Assembly (NCBI GenBank): GCA_013239625.1
Contig: MU054323.1
Location: 19,548,819-19,611,185, forward strand
DNA from: Lama guanicoe
Taxonomy: Eukaryota
Direction of reading: 5' to 3'
Length of the DNA: 62,367 bases
Shown: positions 13,022 to 25,409 of the stretch, in pieces
How positions within the stretch are numbered: position 1 is the first letter of the stretch
Layout: every line of letters begins with the position of its first letter
The notes under the pieces: model-generated
Database searches by the model: none
The model's input: the letters and a program-made list of their open reading frames with translations, nothing else
Told to the model about the DNA's origin: nothing
Program-made: the position numbers and the translations under genes

Positions 13022-13499
13022 TGTGCATTCATTTCCTATGCTGCTATAACAAATGACCACAAATGGTGGCTTAAACCAACACACATGTATTCCCTTACCA
13101 CTCTAGGGGCCAGAAGTCCAAAATCCGGTTCACTGGACTAAAGCAACAGTGTCAACATAACAGTACCATCTGGAGGCTCCAGGAGAGAATCCATTTCCTT
13201 ACCCTTTCTAGCTTCTAGAGGCCTGCTGTGTTCCTTGGCTCATGGCCTTTTCCTCATATCACTCCAACATCTGGCTTCCATTGTCTCATCTCCTACTTGA
13301 ATCTGTAGTCAAATCTCCCTCTTACACAGACACTTGCAATCACATCTAGGGCCCATCAAGATACCCCAGTATAATCTCCTCATCTCAGGATCCTTAACTT
13401 AATTGTACCTGCCAAGTCCCCTTACCGTAACAGTAACATTCATGGATTTCAGGGATTTGAACCTAGATATCTTTGGAAGCTATTATTCAGCCTGCCACA
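13022..13499 (-). mobile_element. MLT1 (ERVL-MaLR) solo LTR, MLT1B/C/D-like
   Basis: TG...CA ends; tttcctatgctgctataacaaatgaccac, ggccagaagtccaaaatc, tattattcagcctgccaca are MLT1 hallmarks. Confidence 0.85.
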
Positions 13500-14002
13500 G
13501 GGCACCTGAAAGAGACTCCAGCTGAGAGTTTCCAAAAAAAAGGTTCTTCAAATCTTGAAGATGTTACTAGTTGCTACATGAGGAGAAAAGTTTTCCTGAA
13601 CAAATTAGTTTGGGGAAATTGGATTACTCCAAACTAAGCAGTCTTTCTTACTTCTCAGAGTCTCAAATGAAACTTTCCAAAATCAAATGTAGTTGCAACT
13701 CATGGAGCACTGAACCATTTCTTTCCACAGAACATTTTACAAAACTGATGTTTTCTGACACAAGTTCTAGGAGATGCTGGCTTGGAAAATCCTCAGGGAG
13801 GGTAAACTGCTTTGAGATCTTTGAAGAACTGTCACGAAAAAAACGAAGTAGACTTGTGTAAGGCCCCAGACCAGGAACAAATGGGGAAGTAATAAAAGGT
13901 CAGGTTTTGGCTCACTAAGAGCCTTCTAAGAATCTGCTAGGCTGAAACGGGCTTCTCCAAAATGCAGTCCACTTGACCTCAATAGCATTCATGCTGGTCT
14001 AC

Positions 14003-14140
14003 AGCAGTGCTTCTCAGATTATACTGTGAATATGCCTCATCTGGGGGTCTTGATAAAATGCAGATTCTAACTCAGTAGATCTGGAGTTGGGCTTGTGGTT
14101 CTTTTTCCCAAGAGATGATACTGATGTTACTGGATGATGA
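14003..14140. mobile_element. MER5A-like hAT-Charlie MITE
   Basis: cagtgcttctcag...cttgataaaatgcagattctaactcagtagatctggagttggg. Confidence 0.7.
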
Positions 14141-14594
14141 AGAGAAATTCAAACACTGGGTAAGTAATTAGACCCCAGAATCTTGATACATCCTGAGGTC
14201 TACACTATTGAGTTTAGCAGAACCTCACTGATATTGAGGGTTTGTCCCCAACAATGAGCATGAAAATAGTAAGACAGGGCAAACTATAGATGCTTGACAT
14301 TGCAATAGAGAAAATAAAGCCAAGTCAGTATGTTTTGCATAGTAGGAGAGATTTCTTTCCAGGTTTCTATTAAATCCAGGAATTTCTCTTCCCACCCAAT
14401 ACCTGAAATGTAGACATAGATATACATATAAACATATGATTTATATATAAATCTTACTTTTGACTGATTGTGGACTTGCAAACCAAGTAAACGAGCTTCT
14501 TAGGTTCGTGTATGGAATAAGAATAAATCCATTCTGAATTGCAGCATAAAATTGGTCTGATTTTATTGGGTTAGTCCAATGACAAGATAAACCT

Positions 14595-14830
14595 GACTCA
14601 TTCAACAAATAGTTTACCACCTACTATGTACCAGATACTTCACTGGGCACTGGGGAGCCAGCGGTGGGCAAAATAGACATAATTTCAGCCTTCATGGACC
14701 TTAGCTGATCCTAAATAAATAATCACCCAGCCAAACAATAAAAACTGTGACAAGGGCTATGACTGCATTTAGCAGGGGGGCCTAAGAGGGTATTGGAAGT
14801 ATGGGAATAAAAAATTAAGCTGAGTCATAT
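14595..14830 (-). mobile_element. L2 LINE 3' end
   Basis: ctcattcaacaaatagtttaccacctactatgtaccagatac...gggcactgggg. Confidence 0.7.
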
Positions 14831-15329
14831 TAGACAGGTAAGTATGTGAGAACTAGCTTGGAATATCTCAATTCTACCTGCCTTCCAGAAACATCTCCAG
14901 AAGGAATGGCAAAAAGCCAAACTCCTATTCTCCTTCATGGGTGGATGTCAACAGACAGGGGAAGAGCCCCAGAAAACAAAATGCAGTGCCTCTGCGTACT
15001 AAGTCAATTCTCTCCATTTTTACTTTCAAAATCTTTTGGACACAAAGACATTAAAAAGTAATCATGATGGTGCTGATGAGCCATTTCTGCTTTGAGCACC
15101 TACTTCCTGTCTAAAGGACCCAACCAGAGAGATGAAATTGGCAGTGAATAAAAGGTTTTGTTCTAGCTTATTCTTGTTATTGTCCAAAGCATGTTTTCTG
15201 TGGTGCTACTGTTTGTGGGCATATATAATGTCTCCTAGTAAATTACTGACCCAATATTCAGTAGAGGTTCAAAAACCTGTGGTTGGTCCTGTTGCTTTTC
15301 CATAGGAAAGATAAAAAAGTGATTCCTTA

Positions 15330-16430
15330 TTTTTTTATTGGTGTATAGTATTATATATCACAATTTATGTACCCATTCTACTATTGATGGGTATTTGGGT
15401 TGTTTATGGGTTGATGCTATTAAGAATAAAGATGCTATTAAAAAATAAAGTTGTGAACATTCTTGAACATTTTGTGCACATTTATACACATTTCAGTTGG
15501 ATATGTATACCTAGGAGTGGAATTGCCAGGTCAGAGGGGGTGTGAATGTCTATTCATCTTTTATAGACAATGTCAATTTTCCAAGGTGGTTACACCAATT
15601 TATACCTCCCACCAGCAGAATGTGAAATTTCCAGTTTTTCCACATTTTTGCTAAGAATTAGTATTGGTCAGTTTTTTCATTTTACTCTTTCTGGCAGGTG
15701 TGTAAAAATATTGCATTGTGTAATATCTCAATAAAGCTGGGAGAAAAATGAATCAGTCTCATGAGTGATTTTATTTTAAAAGCTCTGTGTGAATTAGAGA
15801 GGAGGGTATAGCTCAGTGGTAGAGTGCATAATTAACATTCATAAGGTCCTGGGTTCAATCTGCAGGACCTCCACTAAATATAAATAAATAAACCTAATGA
15901 CCTCCTCCCCACCTCCAAAAAAAAAACAAAAAAAATTTTTTAATAAGCTCTCTATTAATTATTAATTGCTCACCCAGAGTTCATAGGTGACTTAAACCAC
16001 CCCCCAAAAAAAGATATGAAAAGATTTTAATTTGCATTTTCTACTTGACCAATGAGGCTAAGCAAATGTCTTCCTCACTGGACATTGGCTATCCTTTATT
16101 AGAAAGGGTCTGTTCAAGTCTTTTGTCCACTTTCTGTTGAGTTGTCTGTCTTTTTTCTTCATTGATTTGTAGGAGTATTTTGTTTTACGTCAATATGAGT
16201 TACTTATCAATCATATATATTTCAAATATGTTTTCCCATTCAATGGCTTGCTATTGTATTTTCTTAATGGTTTTATTTTCATGAACAAAGAATCCTAATT
16301 TTGTATAGTTAGCACCCTCTTTTTTTTTTCAAGGTCATATATTCTCTTATAATATCTTCCAGAAGCTTTACTATTTTTCCTTTAACATTTAAAATTACAG
16401 TCCTTTTGCAGTTGGTTTTCATTTATATGA
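15330..16430 (-). mobile_element. Old L1M fragment (ORF2 3' region/3'UTR), interrupted by a SINE
   Basis: atacctaggagtggaattgccaggtc, ttccaaggtggttacaccaatttatacctcccaccagcag, tctgttcaagtcttttgtccac are antisense L1 motifs. Confidence 0.8.
15797..15941 (+). mobile_element. tRNA-Ala-derived SINE (camelid Vic-1-like)
   Basis: gggtatagctcagtggtagag (A box), ggttcaatc (B box), C-run then A tail; degenerate TSD aaaagctctgtgtgaatta / ataagctctctattaatta. Confidence 0.85.
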
Positions 16431-17659
16431 TTATGAAAGATTTCAAATGTATACAAAATTTAAATAATAATATTATAAATCCCAAGGTATCTTTCATCCA
16501 GTTTCAATAACTGTCAATTGATAGCCAGTCTTGTTCCATTCATACCCACATTTATCTCTCTTACCTCGGCTTATTGTGAAGCAAATCTCAAGACACATCA
16601 TTTCATCTATAAATACTTCAATATTTATCTCTAAGGACATTTTTTCCTAACAAAACTATAATAATCACAACTTAAGTTTTATAAATCCTTACTCTCATTA
16701 AATATCCAGGAAATATTAAAATTTCCCCAATGGTCTCATAATGTTTTTTGTTATAGATGACTTCACACGGGCACCTGAGAACTGTAAGAACACCAAGATA
16801 AAAACGAGATACAGAAAAAGAAGCAACCGGGGTTAAACAGAAGAGCTCAGCTACGCCTGTTTTCCTTTTCTCCAGCATTAAATTTTCTCACTAGCTACTT
16901 TTGAATCCATCATCTTTTTTGGCAAAAATAACTCTGAAATTTCCCTAAAGCTCAATCCTGAATTCCTATGAGCTAAAAACCTGCATCTACATTGAACAGC
17001 CTTAATAAAGAACATCTTGGAGTTTTTGCAAGGGACTCTGGTAAATGAGCTTTGTATCGTCTCTTCAACATCTTCAGACTGTTGAGCACTGGCCTGGGTC
17101 AGGCGCTGGCCCGGCTCGCTGAGGGCATTCCAAGATTGCCCGGGTACTTTGCTAGTGTAATCTGCTTGAAGAGAGATGCTCATTTTCCACTTGAGGAGAT
17201 ATCCAGCTTGCCTCACAAAATATGATTTCAATTTTTTTCATCCTCTTTCATAGAGTTCAGAAAACCATTAACTAGTGCCTAATAATTTTTAACTTTAGGA
17301 GGTAATTCACATTTCCACAGGGGCCTAGCGGGTGTGTTCTCTCCCAGAAAGAGCCGACAAATGCCCCCCTTGTACCCAGGGATTACCCCAGTGAGAACTT
17401 TCTGAGAACTGTGTCTAAGATGTTCCCAGAAAACTGAGAATACTTTGGATCATATCTCTGGCCCCAGACAAGACCAGAAAATTCTGTTGTTCCTCTGAGC
17501 TACCACCCTCAGCATTCCACTTTTCAAGACCCCACTCCTAAGTCCCACGGAATTTTACCAGGATTAATCCAGAATTCTCTAGCTTAGTCAATGCTGTTCG
17601 GAACCTGGTGAGATAAAACAGTAAGAAAGTTCCGAGAGAACAGGGACTTGGTCTGTTCA

Positions 17660-19250
17660 GTGCTGTACTAATCAAAGCCCAGAGAACTTTACAACACAAA
17701 GAGAGGAACTCAATGTGTGCAATTTTTTAAAAACTCATTTAAGAGGTTGAGCTATCTTAGGATAGAATGTAGACTATGTTTTGAAAAGAAAAAATCTAAG
17801 TGTGTTACAAATAAATGAAACAACTTCACTGAAGGGGCTGGGGGAGAAGGCACTAAACTAAGTTACCCTGGAAATGAGGGCTGTCTGTAAGACTAAAGGC
17901 AAAAGGAATTTCACAGAAGCACTGTACTCTAGTTGATACAATTGTTTCCCATGGCAGGGATGAGTTAACAACGTCAATACTAAAGACATGGATACTGGAA
18001 TTGAACAATTAATAAATGAATGATAGATGGTGACCCAGCTTGCTTACTATTGGAGTGGGAAGTTATGACAAGCAGGGAGAGGAGGCTAGAACAATCCGTG
18101 TGGATTAGAGTTAGAGACACATGTATACATTTACATATACAAATACTTACAAGTCCATGATTATTCATGAGTTAGTATTCACTCATACACTTCTGGGCTC
18201 TGCCATGTGAGAGGGCCTAGAGGCAACCACACCCCAGCAGCATCCAGATGTTGGTGTCTAATACCAGTGTCCAATACAAGAACCAGAGTTCCTCTGAGAA
18301 ATGGAAAATTCTAGGGCTGGGGAAGGAAAAATACAAGCTGAGCCTGGAAAAATCACATTGTTGGGGATATGTAGGTCAAAGGGACTCAGAAGCCAGTAGA
18401 AAGAGCTCCCAATGGTCAAAGCTGGAACAATTTGAGCAAGAAAATAAACAGTAAGTAGTACTGAATTATAACCCAAAGTATAAAATAAATATCTACCAGT
18501 CCATACTGGTATAGATAAATAGTTGAATAAATAAATAAATGGGGAAGAAGAAATAAATTTTCCATGCAGAAAATTCCAAATAGTTTATGTAGATACTTTC
18601 AAGGAAATGGAGCAAATCTCCCCATTCCCCACCTCTGGGGCGCACACAATGCCCTCCTTCCGAAAAGTACAGTGTGGACATAAGTCAAAAGACTAACTTT
18701 ACAGAGGGGACCTGACCAGCCCTACCTCAGCCAGGAGACCAGGGTTAATGTAAACAGCAATCATTCATGTGAATAATAGGCATCCTTGACATGATGTTAT
18801 GAGAATAGTATTTCACGTGTTTTTTTCTCTCCCCAAAAACTTATAACCTCAGTCTAGTCATGAGAAAAACACAAGACAAATTCCAGTAGAGGGACGTTCT
18901 ATAAAACACCTGACCAGTACTCCTCAACACTGCCAAGGTCATCAGAAACAAGGGACATCTGAGAAACTGTCCGAGTTAAGAGGAGCCTAGGGAGACATGA
19001 CGACTAGAAGTAATACGTGGTGACCCAGATGGGCTCTTGGAACAGAAAAAGGACATTAAATAAAAACTGTGTAAATGGGAATAAAGTGTGGGCTGTTTTT
19101 AATAATAATGTATGAATACTGGTTCGTTGGTTGTTAACAAATGTACCATACTAATGTGATATGTTAATAACAGGGGAAACCGAGTGTGAGGCATATGGGC
19201 ACTAAGTGTACAACTTTTCCATAAATCTGAAAACTAAATAGAGTTAAATT
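17660..19250 (+). mobile_element. L1MC/L1MD-type long 3'UTR
   Basis: gactaaaggcaaaaggaat...ctgtactctagttgat; acctgaccagtactcctcaa; aaatgtaccatactaatgt...aggggaaac. Confidence 0.8.
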
Positions 19251-19699
19251 TTTAGAAAATCATAATTCTAACTCCACCTATGTTACATATGTCCTTCCTG
19301 CTTGTTGGACAGGGTTTTCATTTTGTGTACTTGTTAAATGACATGAGGTAGCAAACAAGAGATGCAAAGATCTGAAATCAGTGAATACAACTAAGGCTTG
19401 TCATTACATTCAGTTTTCAAGACATCAGGGAATTAACCATTGCACTTTTGACTGCATAACAAGTATTTAGTATAATTCACAGTTAAGGACAAGTCCAAGC
19501 CTAAAGTCCAGACTCTTGCCTCTTTACTTTGAATGAAGTCCTGGTTCTCTTTATACCTCTGTGGAGGCAGCTTCCCACTGGCACCTACTCTGGCACAACT
19601 TATTGAAACCTGCTCCTTTTAAATGACAAAAATGAAATTCCATAAGGTGAAGTGTCAACGGAACTCGATCTTTTTCTTTTACATTTTCTTTTATTGCTT

Positions 19700-20310
19700 G
19701 CAATTTTGTTATTTTATCAATTATAAATCTTTCAAATGGCAATGAAACAACAAAAAAAACAATAAACAATAAAACAGCAAAAAAACAACAAAAAATAAAC
19801 AACAAAAAAAAAGTTTGAACAAAGTAGGACTTCATTAACCCATTAATCTGAGAAGTCCAGAGGTAGGTCTGGCTTCAGGGATAGCTACAATCAGTAACCC
19901 TAATAACATCATTAGAACCCAGTGATTCTCCATCTCTTGGCTCTCTGCCTTCTGGCTCCATTTCTAGGTTCTTCACTATGACCCTAAGCAACTGTAATTC
20001 ACATCTTCTCACGTTCAAGCACAACACCAAGAGAGCTTGACTCTCATCCCACAGTTACAGCAAGTGTCCCATTACATTCTCTGGCTCTAAATAGGACATG
20101 AGTCCATCTCAGAAACAATTACTACGACCAAGAACATGATGACCTGTTTGAACCCATAACTGCCCCAATGCTGGAGATTCGGGGCAGAGGTGACCCCTAC
20201 CCAAAGCACATGAACTGAGTTTCAGGGAGAGAGTATTTCCCCCAGAGAAAGAGTGGAATAAAACTGATTGGACAATGGAGAATGGATGCAAAGTAGCAAA
20301 ACAACAAAAC
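19700..20310 (-). mobile_element. Old MLT1 (J/K/L-like) LTR
   Basis: gagaagtccagaggtaggtctggcttcagg...ctccatctcttggctct...gagaatggatgc. Confidence 0.55.
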
Positions 20311-20550
20311 AAAGCATGTTTACTCTAGAAAAACCAGCAATCACTGACAAGCAAGAGACAAACATGAAGGGCAGACCCCTACCCAAAGCACATGAACTGA
20401 GTTCAGGGAGAGAGTATTTCCCCCAGAGAAAGAGTGGAATAAAACTGATTGGACAATGGAGAATGGATGCAAAGTAGCAAAACAACAAAACAAAGCATGT
20501 TTACTCTAGAAAAACCAGCAATCACTGACAAGCAAGAGACAAACATGAAG
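20192..20550 (+). repeat. Near-perfect tandem duplication, 178 bp + 177 bp
   Basis: 20192-20369 and 20374-20550 are identical except gagtttcagg vs gagttcagg. Confidence 0.97.
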
Positions 20551-20789
20551 AATCCTCCTACTACGACCTTCGCTCTCAGAGCCAACCACCTTCCCAGACC
20601 ACATCCTTCCAGATGCCATCCTGTTCACAGGCTTCAGTGGTGTGTTTCATGGTTCTCTGCATTCAGAGCCATTCTCTGTTATTCCCACTCCACCCACACA
20701 ATGTACTGCTCCATTCTCCTCGTCTATTTCAACTCATACTTCTGTCTCATCCATGCCATGTGCACTGACTGGGAGTGCGAAGAAAAATT

Positions 20790-21870
20790 ATCCCTCATCA
20801 TTAAGAATTTATGCCAGGAAAATCAAAACCACAAAGAGGTATCACCTCACACTTGTTAGTACAGCTATTATTAGGAAGGCAAAAGATTAAGTGTTGGGGG
20901 AGGGTACAGCTTGGTGGTAGAGTGCATGCTTGGCATGCACAAGGCCCTGGGTTCAATCCCCAGTACCTCCACTAGAAAATAAATACATAAATAAACAACC
21001 ATCCCCCCCATAAATAAATGAGTAAAATTCTACCAAAAATAAATTAAAATAAATGTTCTAAATTTTAAAAAAAGTAAGTGTTGGAAAGGAGGCAGAGAAA
21101 TAGGAACACTTGTGCACTGTTGGTGGGAATGTAAATTGGCACAGCTACTATGGGAAGCAGTGTGGAGGTTCCTCAAAACATGGAACAGCCACATGATGCA
21201 GTGATCCCACATCTGGGTAAATATCCAAAAGAAGTGAAAACATGGTCTCAAAGGGATCTCTGCACTCCCACAGTCATCACAGCACTATTCACAACAGCCA
21301 AGATATGGAAACAACCAAAGTGTCCATCAACAGATGACTGGATAAAGAAAATGGGGTATATAAACAGAGTATTATTCAGCCTTTTAAAAAGAAGGAAGTC
21401 GTGCCATTTGGGACAACATGGATGAACCTGGAGGACATTGTGCTAAGTGAAGTAAGCGAGACACAGGAAGACAAGTGTTATAAATACTGCATGACCTCAC
21501 TTATACGCAGAATCTAAAAATTAGAAATAATCTGAACTCATACTAACAGAGAGTAGAATGGGGGTTACCAGAGGCTAGGGGTGGGGGAAAAGTGGAGATA
21601 TTGATCAAAGGGTACAAACTTTCAGTTACAAGATGAGTAAGTTCTGGAAACTTAACGTACATCATGGTGACTATAGTTAATAATAATGTATTATACACTT
21701 GAGATTTGCTAAGAAAGTAGATATCAAGTGTTCTCACACACACACAGAAGGTAACTGTGGGAAGTGATGGATATGTTAATTATTTGATTGAAATTATCAT
21801 TTCACTATGTATACATATATCAAAACATAACACTGTACACCTTAAATATGTATAATTTTTTATTTTCCAA
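20790..21870 (+). mobile_element. L1MA-type 3' end (ORF2 C-terminus + 3'UTR), interrupted by a SINE
   Basis: ORF 21150-21425 contains [24 protein letters not shown] (L1 ORF2p C-terminus); 3'UTR gggtacaaactttcagtta...ggtgactatagttaataat. Confidence 0.9.
20896..21069 (+). mobile_element. tRNA-Ala-derived SINE (camelid Vic-1-like)
   Basis: ggtagagtgcatgcttggcatgcacaaggccctgggttcaatccccagtacctcca resembles tRNA-Ala; A-rich tail; TSD aaaagattaagtgtt / aaaagtaagtgtt. Confidence 0.9.
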
Positions 21871-21979
21871 AAGTCATAGCGTTACTACCCTTTGACACCA
21901 CCCCCTAAAAAGAGATTTTATGCTAGAATATTTTCGTGATAACTTATTCTGGGCTTCTCAGCATCAGAGAGACAAAGTG

Positions 21980-22115
21980 GAATTCCAAAAGACACAGCTG
22001 GAAAACGTGGGTTCCAAATCCAATTCTGACACAACATAGCTGTGTCATCTTTGAAGTTGTCTGACTTCCTCTCTGACACTATTTCTTGTCTGTGAAATAA
22101 GGGAGATTAGATTTG
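21980..22115 (+). mobile_element. MIR SINE fragment
   Basis: gggttccaaatccaattctgacacaacatagctgtgtcatctttg...tttcttgtctgtgaaataaggg. Confidence 0.6.
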
Positions 22116-22879
22116 TAGACGGCAGGCTTTAACCAGAAACAATGCCAGTGATCAACGGTTAACTTTTCCAGGGCAGTTTTTTTTCCGTTAACAGACCGGA
22201 AAGGGTATCAAGCAACAAATGTCTAGCATAAGTTCCTTGAGGGCAGTGCCTAACTCACATTATAAGGATGTGCTCACCCCATGCGTACGGTGGGCATTCA
22301 GGAACTTCTTGATAAAGGATTAGATAATGATGGTAAGTGAAACCAAAGGAAAAAGGGGAAAGAAGAATAATCAAAAAATTACTTCTTGGAGTTCTATATG
22401 CCAGCTCCCAGCTCACAGGAGAGCCTGCTCGGATGCTGGTGGTGAGACCAGGGGCTGGGACTCTGGGGCTGGCACTGCAGCAGACGCCCAGAGAAGCATC
22501 CCCCACTTGCTTGTGCGAGCTGCCTCCCTCACAGACTGTTACTGAAGCCTGGCAAAGCCTTGGGCCGCAGACAGGCTGCTGGAGAGGAAACAGAAGACTA
22601 AACAAGGCCGGACCTTGATTCCTGCCTGGGACAGAAATGGGAGGGCTAGAAACTCAGGTTTCATCTCCCCGAGCAGCCGGACAGCGTGCCCATTCCTCCC
22701 CAGCCCCATCCAGAGCTGCAGATCCAGGGGCCTTCAGTGGGGTCTGTGGTAGTTTTCCTTTTCACCCAGTTTCCCCTAACTTTTCCCACTTCCAACCCGG
22801 AAATGACACCAGTTAGTCATTTAACAACTACAGGTCCCTAGCCTTCCATCTTCCCGGTCACCCTGGCTCCCAAGTGACT

Positions 22880-23700
22880 TCAAAGCTAATCTGAGCTTGG
22901 CCGATCTCAGTTTCAGTCATTACATCTAACAAGTTGCCAAATTCTGTAGAGTCTTTCTCAGCAAATTTTCCACATCCACTTCCACCCCTGCATCCAGCCT
23001 CCCTGGATAAGGCCCTCGTCATTTCTCCCGTAGGGTATTGCAGTCTCCCTCCCCATCAGCCCCCAGACATACTAGAGCCAGAATTATCTTTCTAAAGCAC
23101 AGACCCGATCATTGTCACTAACCTGCTACAAAAAAAATAATAAAACAAAACACTGGAATTTGACACAACATTGTAAAATGACTATAATTCAATTTTAAAA
23201 AGTTGAACAAACAAACAAATAAATAGGAAAAGTGGGGGAAAAAAACCCCAAAAAACAAAACACTTTAATGGCTCCTAATTTTTTACCCAGTAAAACTCAA
23301 ACTACTCACCCAGTACTCAAAGCCACCCTAACTGAACTCCAGACTTCTCCAACATCCTTCCAGACAGCCTGTTCCTGGAAAGCCACCTTAATAAGGCATC
23401 CTTATTATACCACTATACCCTGTGCCCTCCAGACTCCAGGCCCTGGCTTTTGCTTTCCCCTCCACCTGGAAAGTCCATCTACCACCCCACCACTAACTCT
23501 GCCCTGTCAACCGCCTTCTCCAAAGCATGCAGATTCTCCTTGGGCATTATGCATCGCATTTCCTCATCTTTCTAATCATTTTCCTTTGCAGCACATTTAA
23601 TCATTTGCATTATACGTATACTCTTTGCCTGTTTACTTCCCTGCTACACCTGGGGGGAAGGGATCACGTTACCATGACCTTGTCACACTCCTCTCACTCC
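22880..23700 (+). mobile_element. L2 LINE fragment
   Basis: gccaaattctgtagagtc, agagccagaattatctttctaaagcacagacccgatcattgtcact, tttaatggctcc. Confidence 0.6.
23155..23251 (+). mobile_element. Extremely 5'-truncated L1 3' tip
   Basis: gaatttgacacaacattgtaaaatgactataattcaat plus A-rich tail, flanked by exact TSD aaaacaaaacact (23142-23154, 23252-23264). Confidence 0.8.
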
Positions 23701-23739
23701 TTTATGGTCCTGAAAGCACGTAGGGTCAAAGGATCTGAC

Positions 23740-23950
23740 ACCATTCCAATTAGTTTTTCACATACGTTATCTCATTCAGCCCTCACGATAATTCTGCAAA
23801 GTGTTATTTTCATTATTGTTGCATCATTCACTTTGCAGAAGGGGAATCTGAGGCAGGGGAAGTTCAACATCAAACTCAAAGGCACGCAGCAACGTGGTGA
23901 AGCTAGCCTGTGGGGCTCATGCTTTTCCGCCCACGTCACGCTGCTGAGCA
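23740..23950 (-). mobile_element. MIR SINE
   Basis: ttatctcattcagccctcacgataattctg...ctttgcagaaggggaatctgaggc. Confidence 0.6.
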
Positions 23951-25169
23951 CAATGCTCTGCAAATGCCCCAGGCCCCCAAAATAGGTGCTACATTAAATT
24001 TCTGTCCAAATGCCATATACACGGCAACAATTATTTAGTTGCTACATATAGGAAGGACAAACTTTACTCAAAGGTATTTGATGGTGGCTCTGTTTCCTCT
24101 GATCGCTGTCCCAGATTTTTATTTTTGCTTTCATGTATCCTAGACTTCTACACAAATTTAAAATAGAGAACTAATGAGACATTAGCCTGGGCGATCCCTG
24201 TAGAGAACTGGCTGTGTCTCACTGCCTTCCGGGACCTCTTCCCGCTTCCTCCCCTGACCTAGGTTGTCCAGCTCCAACAATCCAGGCAACCCTGACGGAC
24301 AAAGATGCAGAGGCTGGATTAACAGGAGCAGAGGTCTCACACAGGAGCCACGCGGGGTACCTCAAGCAGATGGCTCAAAGGCCCACCCACAAAGTTCTAG
24401 GACAGAGTCATCTCCCCAGGTCCATCTACCTGCTGAACTCAAACATGACACCAGATTTTTTACAAGATGACTGGAAGTTAACACAATTCCCTCTTTTGTC
24501 ACAATTCACACTGAAGTGATGGTGCTCTGCACCTGCGGGTGAATGGATATTCTCTGGGAATCCAATAAGCTGACTTTGTTTCCTTCTGTGTGGGAAGCAT
24601 TTCTATTGAAGGAGAGAAACAAGCCCCAACAACTTCAAGCACCAAGAAGAATACACAATGAATGGCATTTCTTTTCTGCTGGAACATTAATTAATTAAAC
24701 AGAGTGGACAAGGACAAATAGCCTCACAAAGCAGGGAAGCAAGGGTCTTTGCTGTTTCCTAAATTGTCACATCAAGTACCTATCCCTGGAGCCTGCAAAG
24801 GGGCAGTACTCACAGTTCCTCTGGGTGCTAATTCCCCTTCTGATGTTGCCAGAGCAACCTACATGGGGGGGAGCCCCAGGTAAAACATTTGAAGGAAATG
24901 TTATTACTACAAAGACAAGAAAGAAGAGCCTTGGGAACAGGATGACAGCATCTGTTTGTGCAGCCCTTGCTTCAATGAGAGGACTATGATGAGCAGCCCC
25001 TGTGAGCAAGGCCGGGGCTTGTCTCCATTCTACCAACTTGCCAAGCAAGAAAGCTGAGAAACAGAGAAGCGAGAACTATGAGAAACACAGTGTAAGGAAG
25101 GACTGGGGAAAGATATAAATGACTCTGAATTCCAAGCTAGGGGCATTAAGCTTAATATTATTTAAAATT

Positions 25170-25350
25170 ACTAATAACTGTAATAAGATAACTATTTTTA
25201 TTTCTTTTTACTGTTCTATGTATTATCTCATTTAATCCTTAAAACAATCCTGTAAGGTAAGAATTATACTCTTCTCCACCTTTCAGATAAAGAAACTACG
25301 GCTTAGAGGAATCTTGTACCACAGCCGAGATCACAGAAGTGACACAAATC
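25170..25350 (-). mobile_element. MIR SINE
   Basis: tattatctcatttaatccttaaaacaatcctgtaaggta...tttcagataaagaaactacggcttagag. Confidence 0.75.
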
Positions 25351-25409
25351 AGATCATGCAGGCCACTTAAAGGACACATACGTGGGATCTTTGGAACTGG
25401 TTTAATAAT

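Noticed and set aside
16878..17231. 117-aa minus-strand ORF in unique DNA, possible exon or retrocopy
   Set aside because: No recognisable protein, no convincing splice pair, no poly(A)/TSD
20109..20859. Several ORFs with repeated peptides (MDNGEWMQSSK...)
   Set aside because: By-product of the 178-bp tandem duplication in LTR-derived DNA
20900..20972. Apparent tRNA-Ala gene (also at 15800, 34300, 47315)
   Set aside because: Mutated arms/anticodon, SINE-type tails and, in most copies, TSDs show these are SINEs, not tRNA genes
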